From the NCBI GenBank assembly GCA_028873845.1, contig JAPPNO010000117.1:794-64793 (forward strand): a DNA stretch of 64,000 nucleotides. The letters are read 5' to 3'. A model generated the notes under the pieces. The model searched no databases. It was not told the origin of the DNA and saw nothing but the letters and a program-made list of their open reading frames with translations. This document shows positions 42,954 through 53,568 of the stretch, one piece after another. Both the position numbers and the translations under genes were made by a program. Origin of the DNA: Gemmatimonadota bacterium (GTDB lineage Bacteria; Gemmatimonadota; Gemmatimonadetes; Longimicrobiales; Gaopeijiaceae). Every line of letters begins with the position of its first letter. The stretch's first letter is position 1.

Positions 42954-45332
42954 ATGTCCCCCCCACCCGTCCCCGCCCTGTCTCGCGAACCCACCTTCCT
43001 CGCCTTCCTCCCCGTCCTCTGCGCGGTCTGGGCCGACGGCCTCATGGAGGACGAGGAACTCGACGCGGTCAGCCGGGCGCTCGACGGCGCGGCCTGGATG
43101 ACCCCCGAGGGGCGGGCCCGTGTGCGCGACTGGCTGGATCCCTCCAACCCGCCGGCGCCGGCAGTCTTCGGCGCGGCGGCCGCTGTCATCCGCTCGGCTT
43201 CGCGGAACGGCACATTGACGCTGACCCGGGCCGGTCTGGCCGTGGCCGAGGCGGATCCGGCGCGGGCGGGCCGGGGCGCCCTGCCGTGGCGCGAGGAGGC
43301 CATGGCAACGCTGGGCCGGGTGGAGCTGGAGCTGGGCGTGGCGGGCGCGGAGGCGCTCCGCGACATCACCGGCGAAGGGCACGAGGCGGTCGTCGTGGGG
43401 CCGCGGGCGCGGGGTCTCGCCGAGGAAATCGCGCCGCTGATCCACGGCGATCACCCCGGCTTGCGGGCCCGTGTCCGCGCCGCGCTCGCCCGCCCCGAAC
43501 TGCGCATCCCGGACGAGATCCCACGGGGCGAGTACCGGGAGCGGACCCTCGCCGCCGTCGAGGCGCTGGCCGAGGCGGGGCTGGGCGCGGTGGCCTACCC
43601 GCGCGCCTACGGTGGAGGGGGGGACCCGTGCGGGGCGGTCGCCGTCTTCGAGGAGCTCGCGCTGGGCGACCTGAGCGTGCTGGTCAAGTACGGCGTGCAG
43701 TTCGGGCTCTTCGGCGGGAGCATCGCGCAACTGGGAACCGAGAGGCACCACCGCCGCTACCTGTCCCGGATCGCCGCGCTGGAGCTTCCCGGGTGCTACG
43801 CGATGACCGAGACCGGCCACGGCTCCAACGTCCGCGACCTCCGCACGACCGCCACCTACGACCCCGCGGCCCGCGAATTCGTGATCGACACCCCCGACGA
43901 CGACGCGCGCAAGGACTACATCGGCAACGCCGCGCTGCACGGCCGCCTGGCCACCGTCTTCGCCCGTCTGCGCGTGCCGTGCGGCGGCGAGGATTCCACG
44001 CCGGGACCGCACGACCATCCCGACGGGTTCACCCGCCCCCCCCTCGACGACCACGGCGTCCACGCCTTCCTCGTCCCCATCCGCGACGAACCCGGCCGGG
44101 TTCTCCCCGGCGTGCGAATCGAGGACTGCGGGGCGAAGGAAGGGCTGAACGGGGTCGACAACGGGCGCATTTGGTTCGACGGTGTCCGCGTTCCCCGCGA
44201 CGCGCTCCTGGACCGCTTCGCCCAAGTCGGCCCCGACGGCGAATACCACAGCCCCATCCCGAGCCCGGGCCGCCGCTTCTTCACCATGCTGGGCACCCTG
44301 ATCGCGGGCCGGATCAGCATCGCGGCGGCTTCGCAGTCCGTGGCGAAGAAGGCGCTGGTGATCGCGGTGCGCTACACATCCGGACGCCGCCAGTTCGGCC
44401 CCGCGGCAGGGCCCGAAGTCCCCGTCCTTGACTACCTGGCGCTGCAGAGGGAACTCCTGCCGCGCGTCGCCCGCACCTACGCGATGGCCTTCGCCGTGCG
44501 CGACCTGATCCGCCGCTACGCGAACCCGGAACCGGACCGACGCGAGCTGGAGGTCCGCGCGGCCGCGCTCAAGGCCGCCGCGTCGCGCCACGCGCTCGAT
44601 ACCCTCCAGGCCTGCCGCGAGGCGTGCGGCGGACAGGGCTACCTGGCCGAGAATCAATTCGCCCGCCTCAAGGCCGACACCGACGTGTTCGCGACCTTCG
44701 AGGGCGCCAACCCCGTCCTGCTGCAGCTCGCCGCGAAGGGTCTCCTGTCACGCTATCGCCGCGAGATGGGGGACCTGACCATGTGGGGCATGGCCCGCTA
44801 CCTGGCCGAGCTGGCCGGAACCCGCCTGGCCGACATGAACCCGGTCGTGACCCGCAGGACCGACCCCGATCACCTGGCCGACCCCGACTTTCAGCACTCC
44901 GCGCTGCTCTACCGGGAGGAACGGCTGCTGCGCTCGGCGGCGCGCCGCCTGAAGGCCCGCCTCGACCAGGGCATGGACAGCTTCGAGGCGGTGAACGCCT
45001 GCCAGGACCACCTGATCACGCTCGCTCGCGCGCACGTGGACCGGATCGTGCTGGAGGCCGCCCACGCCGCCCTCGGCGCCATGCAGGAGGGAGACGCGAA
45101 GGCGCTGGTGGCCAGGGTGGTGTCGCTGCACGGCCTGGCCACGCTGGAACGCCATCGTGCGTGGTACCTGGAGAAGGGGTACTTTGAATCGTCGAAGAGC
45201 GAGGCGATTCGCAGCGAGGTGAACCGGTACTGCGCGGAGCTGGCGCCGAGGGCGGTGGAGCTGGTCGACGCCTTCGGGATTCCGGACGAGTTGATCGAGG
45301 CGCCGATCGGGGTGAAGAGGGCAAGCCCGTGA
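42954..45332 (+). CDS. acyl-CoA oxidase/dehydrogenase family protein with an extra ~190-aa N-terminal region
   Basis: The core carries [36 protein letters not shown] and ACGGQGY, plus an ACOX-type C-terminal helical domain. The N-terminal extension has no counterpart that I recognise with confidence. Confidence 0.85.
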   Translation: MSPPPVPALSREPTFLAFLPVLCAVWADGLMEDEELDAVSRALDGAAWMTPEGRARVRDWLDPSNPPAPAVFGAAAAVIRSASRNGTLTLTRAGLAVAEADPARAGRGALPWREEAMATLGRVELELGVAGAEALRDITGEGHEAVVVGPRARGLAEEIAPLIHGDHPGLRARVRAALARPELRIPDEIPRGEYRERTLAAVEALAEAGLGAVAYPRAYGGGGDPCGAVAVFEELALGDLSVLVKYGVQFGLFGGSIAQLGTERHHRRYLSRIAALELPGCYAMTETGHGSNVRDLRTTATYDPAAREFVIDTPDDDARKDYIGNAALHGRLATVFARLRVPCGGEDSTPGPHDHPDGFTRPPLDDHGVHAFLVPIRDEPGRVLPGVRIEDCGAKEGLNGVDNGRIWFDGVRVPRDALLDRFAQVGPDGEYHSPIPSPGRRFFTMLGTLIAGRISIAAASQSVAKKALVIAVRYTSGRRQFGPAAGPEVPVLDYLALQRELLPRVARTYAMAFAVRDLIRRYANPEPDRRELEVRAAALKAAASRHALDTLQACREACGGQGYLAENQFARLKADTDVFATFEGANPVLLQLAAKGLLSRYRREMGDLTMWGMARYLAELAGTRLADMNPVVTRRTDPDHLADPDFQHSALLYREERLLRSAARRLKARLDQGMDSFEAVNACQDHLITLARAHVDRIVLEAAHAALGAMQEGDAKALVARVVSLHGLATLERHRAWYLEKGYFESSKSEAIRSEVNRYCAELAPRAVELVDAFGIPDELIEAPIGVKRASP

Positions 45333-45375
45333 CCGTGGCTCGGGGCGCAGGGACGGCCCGGTCGGGGCCATCCGG

Positions 45376-45401
45376 CGACAACAATTTGCGACAACCATTT
45401 G
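45376..45401. repeat. tandem 13-nt direct repeat upstream of the propeller gene pair
   Basis: cgacaacaatttg | cgacaaccatttg, a locally AT-rich pair about 95 nt upstream of the ATG at 45494. Confidence 0.6.
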
Positions 45402-45493
45402 TGGCGACGGAGGTGTCGAACATGGGGAGGTTCGGGATGCCGGTGGCTCCAGGGCCGGTCGCGGGCGCAAGTCCATTCTGAAGGGGGTCGTTC

Positions 45494-46765
45494 ATGGCGA
45501 GCAGTCCGCGGGCAGGTCCGCGCGAGCACCGGGTGTGGCGGGGCCCCGGGTGGACGGTGGCAGCCCGCCGGGTGGCGGTCCCGGCGGCCTTGATGCTCGC
45601 CGGCCCGCTGTCCGCTCAGGATGTGATCGAGCTGCCGGCCCGGGACAGCTTCATGGTGGGTGCCTTCCTGCCCGGGTACGAGGTGGGGTCGGTCCTGGAC
45701 GGCGGGTGGGACGCCTTCGGTGAAATCGGGGACCTGGCCTTCGACGCGGCCGGCAATCTGTACATCTTCGACACCCAGGCGCTGAGAATATCGGTGGTGG
45801 ACCCGGCGGGTGCGCTGGTCCGCCAGTTCGGCCAGCGGGGTGAAGGGCCCGGAGAGTTCGAGTCCGATTTCGGAGAGATGCTGCGCATGGCGGTCCTGCG
45901 GGACGGGCGCGTCGTGGTCTACACCTGGAACCGCGGCGCCTTCGTCGTGTTCGGGACCGACGGTGACTACGAGCGGATGGTGCGCATCCCGGGGGGGTCC
46001 AGGACCACGTTCATGGGACTGCAGGCACTCCCCGGTGCCGACGCCGTGCTCGCCACGAGTCCGGTCCTCCGGCCCTCGGCGGCCGCGCCGCCGGACGTGC
46101 GCAGACGTGCCGGCAACACCAGCACCTTCCGCGCCATCGAACGCTTTGCCCTCGACGGGTTCCTGTCGACGGTCGACACGGTGGCCGCGGCGTGGAACCC
46201 TCCCGGCGAACCCGCGGGGTTCGCTCCGCAGCTGGTCAGCGGGGCGCTGCCGGACGGGGGCATCGCCTTTTCCGACTCGTCCGCCTACGCAATCAAGATC
46301 GTCTCGAGCAACGGGGACCTGGTCCGGATACTGACCCGGCCGATCCGGCCCGATCCCGTGACCGAAAGAGACAAGGCCCTGTTCATCGAGTGGCAGTTCG
46401 AATTCGAGCGGAGCTTCGAGAGGGACCTGGCGCGGCTTGGCGGGACCTATGCCGACATCGCCGAGAAGATGTCGGACCGGAACCGCCGGCGTGCCGAGTC
46501 GATGACATTCTACCACGAGATTCCGGTGGTGCGAGCCCTGAAGACCGGCTGGAGCGGCAATATCTGGATCCAGCGCACCAGGCTGGCCGGCGTCGGCGAC
46601 ATCGATATCCTTACCCCTGACGGCCGCTACCTGGGCACCTATCCCGCGGCCGCCATCGCCATGCCTTCGGCGTTCGGCCCCGACGGGCTGATCGCGCTTG
46701 TCGAGAGAGACGAGCTGGATGTGCCCAAGGTGGTGGTGAGGCGGTTGCCGGCCAGGCTGCGGTAG
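45494..46765 (+). CDS. 6-bladed beta-propeller (NHL-like) protein, family member 2
   Basis: [35 protein letters not shown] and the C-terminal [16 protein letters not shown]. It is a tandem paralogue of the next gene. Confidence 0.8.
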   Translation: MASSPRAGPREHRVWRGPGWTVAARRVAVPAALMLAGPLSAQDVIELPARDSFMVGAFLPGYEVGSVLDGGWDAFGEIGDLAFDAAGNLYIFDTQALRISVVDPAGALVRQFGQRGEGPGEFESDFGEMLRMAVLRDGRVVVYTWNRGAFVVFGTDGDYERMVRIPGGSRTTFMGLQALPGADAVLATSPVLRPSAAAPPDVRRRAGNTSTFRAIERFALDGFLSTVDTVAAAWNPPGEPAGFAPQLVSGALPDGGIAFSDSSAYAIKIVSSNGDLVRILTRPIRPDPVTERDKALFIEWQFEFERSFERDLARLGGTYADIAEKMSDRNRRRAESMTFYHEIPVVRALKTGWSGNIWIQRTRLAGVGDIDILTPDGRYLGTYPAAAIAMPSAFGPDGLIALVERDELDVPKVVVRRLPARLR

Positions 46766-46778
46766 GGTGAGGAGCTGG

Positions 46779-47960
46779 ATGCCGGTGTTCGGGGTCACCG
46801 TATTCGCGTTGGCGGTCAGCGCCACAACGGTCCCGCTGGCCGCCCAGGAGGTGGTCGAGCTGCCTGCGGAGGACCGTCTCCTGGACGCGGATTTCGAGGA
46901 GGTCTACCGCGTCGGGTCGATCGATGGTGACGAGTGGGAGGTGTTCAGCAGAGTGACAGGGGTTCGCTTCGACGAGTCCGGCAACCTGTATGTGATGGAC
47001 GACCAGGGCGGACGGATCGTGGTGGTGAGCCCGGAGGGCGAGTTCGTCCGCGAGTTCGGGCGGATCGGCGATGGGCCGGGGGAGTTTTCCGCGAGCAGCA
47101 ATACGGCGGTCGGATTCACCGTGCTCCGCAATGGGCGCACGGTGGTGTTCGACCCCGGTCATCGTGCGTTTCAATTGTTTGGACCGAACGGTGAGTTCGA
47201 GCGCTCGGTGCGCGTGCCCAGTGGCTCGATGTTCCTCGTCATCCGTCCCCTGGCGCCAGCGGGAGATGGTCAAAACGTCATCACGACAACCGTGGGTTCC
47301 GTTGGAGGCCCCGCCGGCGATGCCGAGCCGATGTTCCGCCCCATCTACCGATTCCTCCTGACAGGCGACGAGGCCGTGCGGGACACCGTGATCCAGGCGT
47401 GGAGACCGTCAGGAGATCCCGAAGGATTCCGGCCTGTCCTGGCGGCCGGAGCACTACCGGACGGTAGCCTGGTCTACACCGACTCGTCCGCCTATGCGAT
47501 CAAGGTGACTACCCGCGACGGGCTTCTGAGCCGCGTGCTCACCCGGCCATTTCGGCCTGGCCCCGTCACCGACCGCATCCGCGAGGATGAGATCGAACGC
47601 CAGTTGGAGGAAAACGAGGAACGTGCCTCCAGATCAGGGGGCGAGCTGGCTGCCGCAAGGGCCGAATTGGCGCGCCTGCGTATCAGGTCCATGGAGTTCC
47701 ACCACGAGGTACCCGTTGTCCGCGACCTGCGAACCGGCTGGGACGGCACGATCTGGGTGGGTCGCCGGGGTGAGCCGCGGACGGGCCGTGGCCCAATCGA
47801 CGTGCTCACCCCGGACGGCCGCTACCTGGGCACCTTCGCCACAAGCGCGACCGCGATGCCATCCGCCTTCGGTCCCGATGGTCTGGTCGCCTTCATGGAG
47901 CGGGACGAACTGGATGTGCCCAGGGTGGTGGTAAGGCGCCTGCCGCCGGAAGTCAGGTAG
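46779..47960 (+). CDS. 6-bladed beta-propeller (NHL-like) protein, family member 3
   Basis: The ATG at 46779 is preceded by GAGGAG and gives the signal [23 protein letters not shown]. Shared blocks are [35 protein letters not shown] and [16 protein letters not shown]. Confidence 0.8.
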   Translation: MPVFGVTVFALAVSATTVPLAAQEVVELPAEDRLLDADFEEVYRVGSIDGDEWEVFSRVTGVRFDESGNLYVMDDQGGRIVVVSPEGEFVREFGRIGDGPGEFSASSNTAVGFTVLRNGRTVVFDPGHRAFQLFGPNGEFERSVRVPSGSMFLVIRPLAPAGDGQNVITTTVGSVGGPAGDAEPMFRPIYRFLLTGDEAVRDTVIQAWRPSGDPEGFRPVLAAGALPDGSLVYTDSSAYAIKVTTRDGLLSRVLTRPFRPGPVTDRIREDEIERQLEENEERASRSGGELAAARAELARLRIRSMEFHHEVPVVRDLRTGWDGTIWVGRRGEPRTGRGPIDVLTPDGRYLGTFATSATAMPSAFGPDGLVAFMERDELDVPRVVVRRLPPEVR

Positions 47961-47964
47961 CGCC

Positions 47965-48369
47965 CTACCAGATCCGCCTCACCCCGTATCGATCGAACAG
48001 CGATTCGTTCGACACCAGGGGCAGGTCGTGAGCCAGCGACTGCGCGATCAACATCCGGTCGAAGGGGTCGCGGTGTGGGCCTGGAAGTCTCCCCGCGCGT
48101 TCGGCATGCGACACGGTGATCGACAAGGGCTCGAAGCCATGATCATCAATGGCGGCCATGACGTCGCCCGCCACCACCGCTGCTCCCGGCAGCTTCCCAA
48201 GCCGGTGCTTCGTGGTGACCTCCCATGCCGATGCGGCGCTCACCAGGACGCTGTTGTCCGGGTTGGCGATCACCCCCTGCGCAGCCTCCGACAATCTCCG
48301 GTCGCCGGCCAGCCACCACAGGAACGCATGTGTATCCACAAGGACGCGCACCGGGTTCAGCCTTCCCAC
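47965..48369 (-). CDS. vapC: PIN-domain toxin (VapC-like)
   Basis: VLVDTHAFLWW, SAASAWEVTTK and HRDPFDRMLIAQS are PIN acidic-residue blocks. An alternative GTG start lies at 48351. Confidence 0.85.
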   Translation of the reverse strand: MGRLNPVRVLVDTHAFLWWLAGDRRLSEAAQGVIANPDNSVLVSAASAWEVTTKHRLGKLPGAAVVAGDVMAAIDDHGFEPLSITVSHAERAGRLPGPHRDPFDRMLIAQSLAHDLPLVSNESLFDRYGVRRIW

Positions 48370-48590
48370 GCCGCCAGTTCCGCTTCGGGCAGCGGATCGA
48401 AGAAGCTGTCGTCCACCATCAGACGCCCCTTCAGCGCCCCGAAGCGCCGGGCCGGACGGTGCCTCCGGTATCCGACGAGGCGCGCCACCGGCTTGCCGCT
48501 CCGGGCAATCACGACTTCTTCGCCCGCCTCCACCTTCACCAGTAGGCGCGAGAGGTGGGTCTTGGCCTCGTGAACGTTGAATGTCGACAT
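48357..48590 (-). CDS. Phd/YefM-family antitoxin
   Basis: MSTFNVHEAKTHLSRLLVKVEAGEEVVIARSGKPVARLV is a typical Phd/YefM N-domain. The gene overlaps the toxin gene. Confidence 0.85.
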   Translation of the reverse strand: MSTFNVHEAKTHLSRLLVKVEAGEEVVIARSGKPVARLVGYRRHRPARRFGALKGRLMVDDSFFDPLPEAELAAWEG

Positions 48591-48607
48591 CCGGGCTTCC
48601 TGTTTGT

Positions 48608-48627
48608 TTAGTCAGAAAAATGACTAA
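48608..48627. promoter_or_regulatory. perfect palindrome TTAGTCA-N6-TGACTAA upstream of the antitoxin (candidate autoregulatory operator)
   Basis: It lies in an AT-rich patch 18-37 nt upstream of the ATG at 48590. An AGGAAG Shine-Dalgarno sits between the palindrome and the start codon. Confidence 0.55.
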
Positions 48628-48732
48628 CTCGCGAACGCCCCTTGGTCAACCGTAGACTCCAGCGTCACCCACGAGTCCGTGGGGACCTCCTCCGCGGGCT
48701 CCCATCCCATTCCCACCCGATCGGGAACCACG

Positions 48733-51700
48733 ATGCACGCCCCTCGCCCGCCCAACCCCCTCGCGCTCTTCGCCCTCGCCGCGCTTCTCCTCCCCTCCCC
48801 CGTCCCCCTCCACGCCCAGGACGACGACGACGCCCCCCCCGAACTCACCTCCGGCCTCCTCTCCTCGCTACGCTGGCGGAGCATCGGCCCGGCCGTTGCC
48901 TCGGGGCGCATCGCCGACATCGCCGTCGATCCCGCCGACCACAGCACCTGGTACGTGGCGGCCTCGTCGGGCAACGTGTGGAAGACCACCAACGCGGGCA
49001 CCACCTGGACGCCGATCTTCGACGACTACGGCTCCTACTCGATCGGCGCGATCGCCCTCGATCCGAACGACCGCCTCACCCTCTGGGTCGGCACCGGCGA
49101 GAACAACGGCCAGCGCTCGGTGGGGTACGGCGACGGCGTCTACAAGTCGGTCGACGGGGGCATGTCGTTCACCAACATGGGACTCGAGACCTCCCGTCAC
49201 ATCGGGATGATCGCGATCCACCCGGACGACTCGCGCACGGTGTACGTGGCCGCGCAGGGCCCCCTCTGGGCCGCGGGCGGGGAGCGCGGGCTGTACCGCA
49301 CCACCGACGGCGGAGAGACGTGGGAGCTCGTCCTCGAGATCGACGAGCACACCGGCGTCAACGAGGTCTACTTCGACCCGCGCAACCCCGGCGTGATGTA
49401 CGCCACCTCGTGGCAGCGGCGGCGCCACCAGTGGACGATGATCGACGGCGGGCCCGGCTCGGGGATCCACAAGTCCGCCGACGGCGGGAACACCTGGCGC
49501 GAGATCAACCGGGGACTCCCCTCCGGCGACAAGGGCAAGATCGGGATGGCCATCTCGCCGATCGACCCCGACGTGCTCTACGCGATCGTCGAGGCGGCGA
49601 TGGGCGAGGGCGGCACCTTCCGCAGCGAGAACATGGGCGAGAGCTGGAGCCGCACCTCGAATTACCAGTCGGGCGCGGCGATGTACTACCACGAGCTCTA
49701 CGCCGACCCGCACCGCTTCGACCGCATCTACTCGCTCGACACCTTCCTGGAGATGTCCGACGACGGCGGCAACACCTGGGGCCGGCTCCCCACGCGGGGG
49801 GTCCACGTCGACTACCACGCCATGTGGTTCGACCCCGACGACCCCGAACACCTCATCGTCGGCAACGACGGGGGCGTGTACGAGACCTTCGACTTCGGCG
49901 GCAGCTGGCGCCACTTCTCCATGCCGCTGACGCAGTTCTACAAGGTCACCACCTCCAACGACGAACCCTTCTACTACGTCTACGGCGGCACCCAGGACAA
50001 CAACACGCTGGGCGGCCCCTCGCAGACGCTGGGAGGCGGGATCCGCAACTCCGACTGGTACGTGACGCTCGGCGGCGATGGCTTCGACCCGGTGGTCGAC
50101 CCCGAGAACCCGGACATCGTCTACTCGCAGCTGCAGTACGGGGTGATTTCGCGCTTCGACCGGGGCAGCAAGGAGCGGCTCGACATCCAGCCGCAGGCGG
50201 AACCGGGCGGGCCGCCGCTCCGCTGGTACTGGGACGCCGGGCTGATCATGTCGCCGCACGACAACCACCGTCTCTACTTCGGGGCGCAGATCCTCTTTAG
50301 GAGCGACGACCAGGGGTCGAGCTGGCGCGCGGTTTCGGGGGATCTTTCGCGGAACCTGGACCGCAATCAGCTCGAGGTGATGGGGCGGGTGTGGAGCGTG
50401 GACGCGGTGGGGAAGAACCGGTCGACGTCGTCGTTCGGGCACATCGTCTCGGTCTCGGAGTCTCCCTTCGTCGAGGGGCTGATCTACGTGGGGACGGACG
50501 ACGGACTGGTGCAGGTGACCGAGGACGGGGGCGAGACGTGGCGGATGATCGAGAGCCTGCCAGGGGTGCCGGACACGAGCTTCGTGCACGACGTGGAGGC
50601 TTCGGTGCACGACCCCGACGGGGTGTTCGTGGTGGTGAACAACTTCAAGCGGAACGACTTCCGGCCGTACGTGCTTCGGTCGGAGGACCGGGGGCGGAGC
50701 TGGACGATGATCACCGGGGGATTGCCGGACAACAGCCCGTCCTTCTCGGTCGTGCAGGACCCGGTGGAGGCGGGGCTGCTCTTCCTGGGGGCGGAGTTCG
50801 GGGCGTTCGTGTCGGTCGATGGCGGGGAATCGTGGATGGACTTTTCGAGCGGGCTGCCCACGATTTCGGTGCGCGACCTGGAGATCCAGACGCGCGAGGG
50901 GGACCTGGTTGCGGCGACCTTCGGCCGCAGCTTCTACGTGGTCGACGACTACACGCCGCTGCGCGAACTGGCGCGCGGGTCGGAGGCGATCCTGGCGTCG
51001 GGCGGTCACATCTTCGAGGTGGAGGACGGGGACATGTACGTGCCGTGGAACCCGGGCGGTGCGAATGGTGACGACTTTTACGCGGCCGACAACCCGGCGT
51101 TCGGCGTGACGTTCACGTATTGGGTGGGAGAGAGTCTGCAGACGCGGGAGGCGGAGCGGAGGGCGGCCGAGCGGAGGGCGCAGCGAGCGGGCGAGGACAC
51201 GCCGTACCCGTCGTGGGAGGAGCTGCGCGAGGAGGACCGGGAGGAGGCGCCGCAGGTGTTCCTGACCGTGCGGGACGAGGGGGGCGAGGTGGTGAACGTG
51301 GTGGGCGGGGCGACATCGCAGGGCGTGCATCGGGCCGTGTGGAACTATCGCTACCCGGGGTACAATCCGGTGACGGGGGGTGGGGGATTCGGTGGATTCG
51401 GTGGATTCGGCGGCGGGAACGGGCCGATGGCGATGCCGGGCGACTACACGGTGTCGCTCGGGCAGCGGGTGGACGGGGTGGTGACGGAGCTGGCCGGGCC
51501 GGTTCCGTTCCGGATCGCGCCGATCAACGAACCGGCGATCGCGGCCCAGGACCGGGCGGCGGTGCTGGCGTTCCAGCGCGAGACGGGCGAACTGCTGCGT
51601 GCGGTCGCCGGTTCGCAGCGTGTGGTCGCCGAGGCGCAGGCGAGCGTCGGCGCCATCAAGCAGGCGCTGGGGCGCTGGCCGGCCGCGCCGGGGGAGCTCA

Positions 51701-52032
51701 TGACCGAGGCGCGCGCCCTGGAACTGCGACTGATGGACCTCTCCGAGGCGCTGAACGGTTCAGCCACGCGCACCTCGCGCTCCGAGCCCGATCTGCCCGG
51801 AATCTCCAGACGGGTGAACCAGATCGTGGGTGGCCACTGGAACGGGATGCACGGGCCGACCGGGACGCACAGGGAGCAGTACCGGGTGGCGCGGGAGGCC
51901 TTTGAGGCGATCTATCCGGATTTGGCGCGGTTGGTGGAAACGGACCTGCCAGCGCTGGAGGCGCGGCTCGAGGCAGCTGGGGTGCCGTGGACCACGGGAC
52001 GGGCGCTGCCGAGGTGGCCACCGGGAGGATAA
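48733..52032 (+). CDS. large exported BNR/Asp-box (sortilin/VPS10-like) repeat protein
   Basis: A signal peptide plus at least eight S/T-x-D-x-G-x-(T/S)-W/F Asp-boxes (TTNAGTTW, SVDGGMSF, TTDGGETW, SADGGNTW, SDDGGNTW, TEDGGETW, SEDRGRSW, SVDGGESW). Confidence 0.85.
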   Translation: MHAPRPPNPLALFALAALLLPSPVPLHAQDDDDAPPELTSGLLSSLRWRSIGPAVASGRIADIAVDPADHSTWYVAASSGNVWKTTNAGTTWTPIFDDYGSYSIGAIALDPNDRLTLWVGTGENNGQRSVGYGDGVYKSVDGGMSFTNMGLETSRHIGMIAIHPDDSRTVYVAAQGPLWAAGGERGLYRTTDGGETWELVLEIDEHTGVNEVYFDPRNPGVMYATSWQRRRHQWTMIDGGPGSGIHKSADGGNTWREINRGLPSGDKGKIGMAISPIDPDVLYAIVEAAMGEGGTFRSENMGESWSRTSNYQSGAAMYYHELYADPHRFDRIYSLDTFLEMSDDGGNTWGRLPTRGVHVDYHAMWFDPDDPEHLIVGNDGGVYETFDFGGSWRHFSMPLTQFYKVTTSNDEPFYYVYGGTQDNNTLGGPSQTLGGGIRNSDWYVTLGGDGFDPVVDPENPDIVYSQLQYGVISRFDRGSKERLDIQPQAEPGGPPLRWYWDAGLIMSPHDNHRLYFGAQILFRSDDQGSSWRAVSGDLSRNLDRNQLEVMGRVWSVDAVGKNRSTSSFGHIVSVSESPFVEGLIYVGTDDGLVQVTEDGGETWRMIESLPGVPDTSFVHDVEASVHDPDGVFVVVNNFKRNDFRPYVLRSEDRGRSWTMITGGLPDNSPSFSVVQDPVEAGLLFLGAEFGAFVSVDGGESWMDFSSGLPTISVRDLEIQTREGDLVAATFGRSFYVVDDYTPLRELARGSEAILASGGHIFEVEDGDMYVPWNPGGANGDDFYAADNPAFGVTFTYWVGESLQTREAERRAAERRAQRAGEDTPYPSWEELREEDREEAPQVFLTVRDEGGEVVNVVGGATSQGVHRAVWNYRYPGYNPVTGGGGFGGFGGFGGGNGPMAMPGDYTVSLGQRVDGVVTELAGPVPFRIAPINEPAIAAQDRAAVLAFQRETGELLRAVAGSQRVVAEAQASVGAIKQALGRWPAAPGELMTEARALELRLMDLSEALNGSATRTSRSEPDLPGISRRVNQIVGGHWNGMHGPTGTHREQYRVAREAFEAIYPDLARLVETDLPALEARLEAAGVPWTTGRALPRWPPGG

Positions 52033-52056
52033 GAGTAAACTGCGCTTGTCCGACGC

Positions 52057-52481
52057 TCAGAACCGGAGTTTCGCACCGAGTACGAAGCTGCATTTGCCGT
52101 TCGGCATGGTATGCGGACCGAGAAGGAGCCGGGGCGTACCCGCCCCGCTGGGCCACCCCTGAACGGGCACCCATGCCTCCCGCTTGAACAGTCCGCCTAA
52201 CGCCGTGCCGACCACCCCGTAGAATGCGGCGAACATGGTATGAGAATCAGCTTCGCCTGCATGATCTCTGCCACCGAAACAGCTCCCGTGGAACCGATCG
52301 GCGCGACAAGTCCCAACGCATCCCCGACAGCCGTCCCGACCAGGAAGCCCCGTTTCCATTGACGCTGCAGCGTGCGTTGCTCGATACGCTGGACTTCCGT
52401 CGAGGTCAACCATCGCGAATCCCCCCAAGGCAAGGACAAGGGCGGCACCAATCCCGCCGGTGGCCTGTCCCATTCCGACAT
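52057..52481 (-). pseudogene. frameshifted glycine-zipper gene (paralogue of 890-1369)
   Basis: Family-like sequence is split over two frames. MGQATGGIGAALVLALGGFAMV is in the frame of ORF 52057-52473. WKRGFLVGTAVGDALGLVAPIGSTGAV is in the frame of ORF 52197-52481. MFAAFYGVVGTALGGLFKREAWVPVQ...GAKLRF is back in the first frame. Compare GAVIGSAVKGDIWETVP in 890-1369. Confidence 0.35.
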
Positions 52482-52513
52482 GCTCCTGTCCCGGGTTTTG
52501 CCGCGGCGACGGT
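52467..52513 (+). repeat. 47-nt dispersed repeat, orientation A (left end of the HNH segment)
   Basis: gtcccattccgacatgctcctgtcccgggttttgccgcggcgacggt, 12 nt beyond the HNH stop codon. Confidence 0.8.
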
Positions 52514-52524
52514 TGGGCGCCCGA

Positions 52525-53568
52525 TCACGTCACCGCCTCCAGCGCCTCGAGCTCCAGCGGCAGCGGGACCGCCGAGTCGACGAAGCGGGGGGCGCCGTTG
52601 GAGAGGCGGTTGGGGGGCGGGGGCGGGGGCTCCGGCAGCTGCCGGGTGACCTCCGGCAACGGGGGCGCCCCTCCGATCACCTGACCCGCCCGCGTGAAGA
52701 ACGCGGCCTTGCCGTCACGGTCCAGCGCCATCCGCGTCCCACCCTCGTGGACCAGGCGATGGTGCCGGCGGCAGAGCAGGATCGTGTTGGCCAGACTCGT
52801 CTCGCCCCCATCGACCCAGTGCTTCACATCGTGGGCCTCGGTGAAACGGCTCGCGCACCCCGGATAGCGACACCCGCGGTCCCGTTCCTCGAGCGCGCGG
52901 CGGATGTGCGGCGGGATGGTGCGCGTCCGCCGCCCCACGCTCACCACTTCGCCGTCCCGGTGACCCATCGCGACCCGCGCGGCGTCGCACGCCATGCGCC
53001 GCGATGTCTCCGCGCTCACCCGATACAGCGCATCACCCGCCGCCTCGATCGCGCGCATCAGCACGGCGCCCACCTCCGGCTCGAGCCGCCCCCGCACCAC
53101 ATACATCCCGTCCGCATCGATCGCCACCGAAAAGGTGCGGCTCCGGTGGCGGACCTCCTCGGCCGCGAGTTCGCCGTCGCGCGACAGCTTCTTCCACCCC
53201 CGCACCAGCCATTCGAGCCGCGCGGCCGAGGTCGACTGCGCGAACTCGAGCAGCGTGGCCTCGGTCTCGGGCTTCGCGACCCGGGTCATGGTGCGCACCT
53301 TGGTGTAGGAGAGCTGGCCGCTCTTCATGGCCTCGGCGGTAAGCGGGAGGTCCTCGAGCGCGTGGGCGACCCGCACGTTTTCGCGCGCGGCGGCCAGCGT
53401 GCGCCCGGTGCGCCAGGCGAGCCACTCGGCGCACGACGCGAAGTTGTCGGCCCACCCTTCGCGCCGGTCGAACTCGGCGACGAGGGTGAGCATGTCGAAG
53501 GTGGCGATGTTGATGCGGGCGGCGAGACCGGCGATGCGTTCGCCGAGTTCGAAGAGGTCGTCGGACAT
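52525..53568 (-). CDS. DUF222 + HNH endonuclease protein (REP13E12-type family)
   Basis: The N-terminal DUF222-like helices read LVAEFDRREGWADNFASCAEWLAWRTG. The HNH core is CRYPGCASRFTEAHDVKHWVDGGETSLANTILLCRRHHRLVH. Confidence 0.88.
   Translation of the reverse strand: MSDDLFELGERIAGLAARINIATFDMLTLVAEFDRREGWADNFASCAEWLAWRTGRTLAAARENVRVAHALEDLPLTAEAMKSGQLSYTKVRTMTRVAKPETEATLLEFAQSTSAARLEWLVRGWKKLSRDGELAAEEVRHRSRTFSVAIDADGMYVVRGRLEPEVGAVLMRAIEAAGDALYRVSAETSRRMACDAARVAMGHRDGEVVSVGRRTRTIPPHIRRALEERDRGCRYPGCASRFTEAHDVKHWVDGGETSLANTILLCRRHHRLVHEGGTRMALDRDGKAAFFTRAGQVIGGAPPLPEVTRQLPEPPPPPPNRLSNGAPRFVDSAVPLPLELEALEAVT

Noticed and set aside
42729-44657. Extension of track ORF 42213-44657 beyond purE
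   Set aside because: It is antisense to the acyl-CoA oxidase gene. PurE is complete from the ATG at 42728.
48868-51330. 820-aa minus-strand ORF
   Set aside because: It is an antisense shadow of the Asp-box repeat protein gene.
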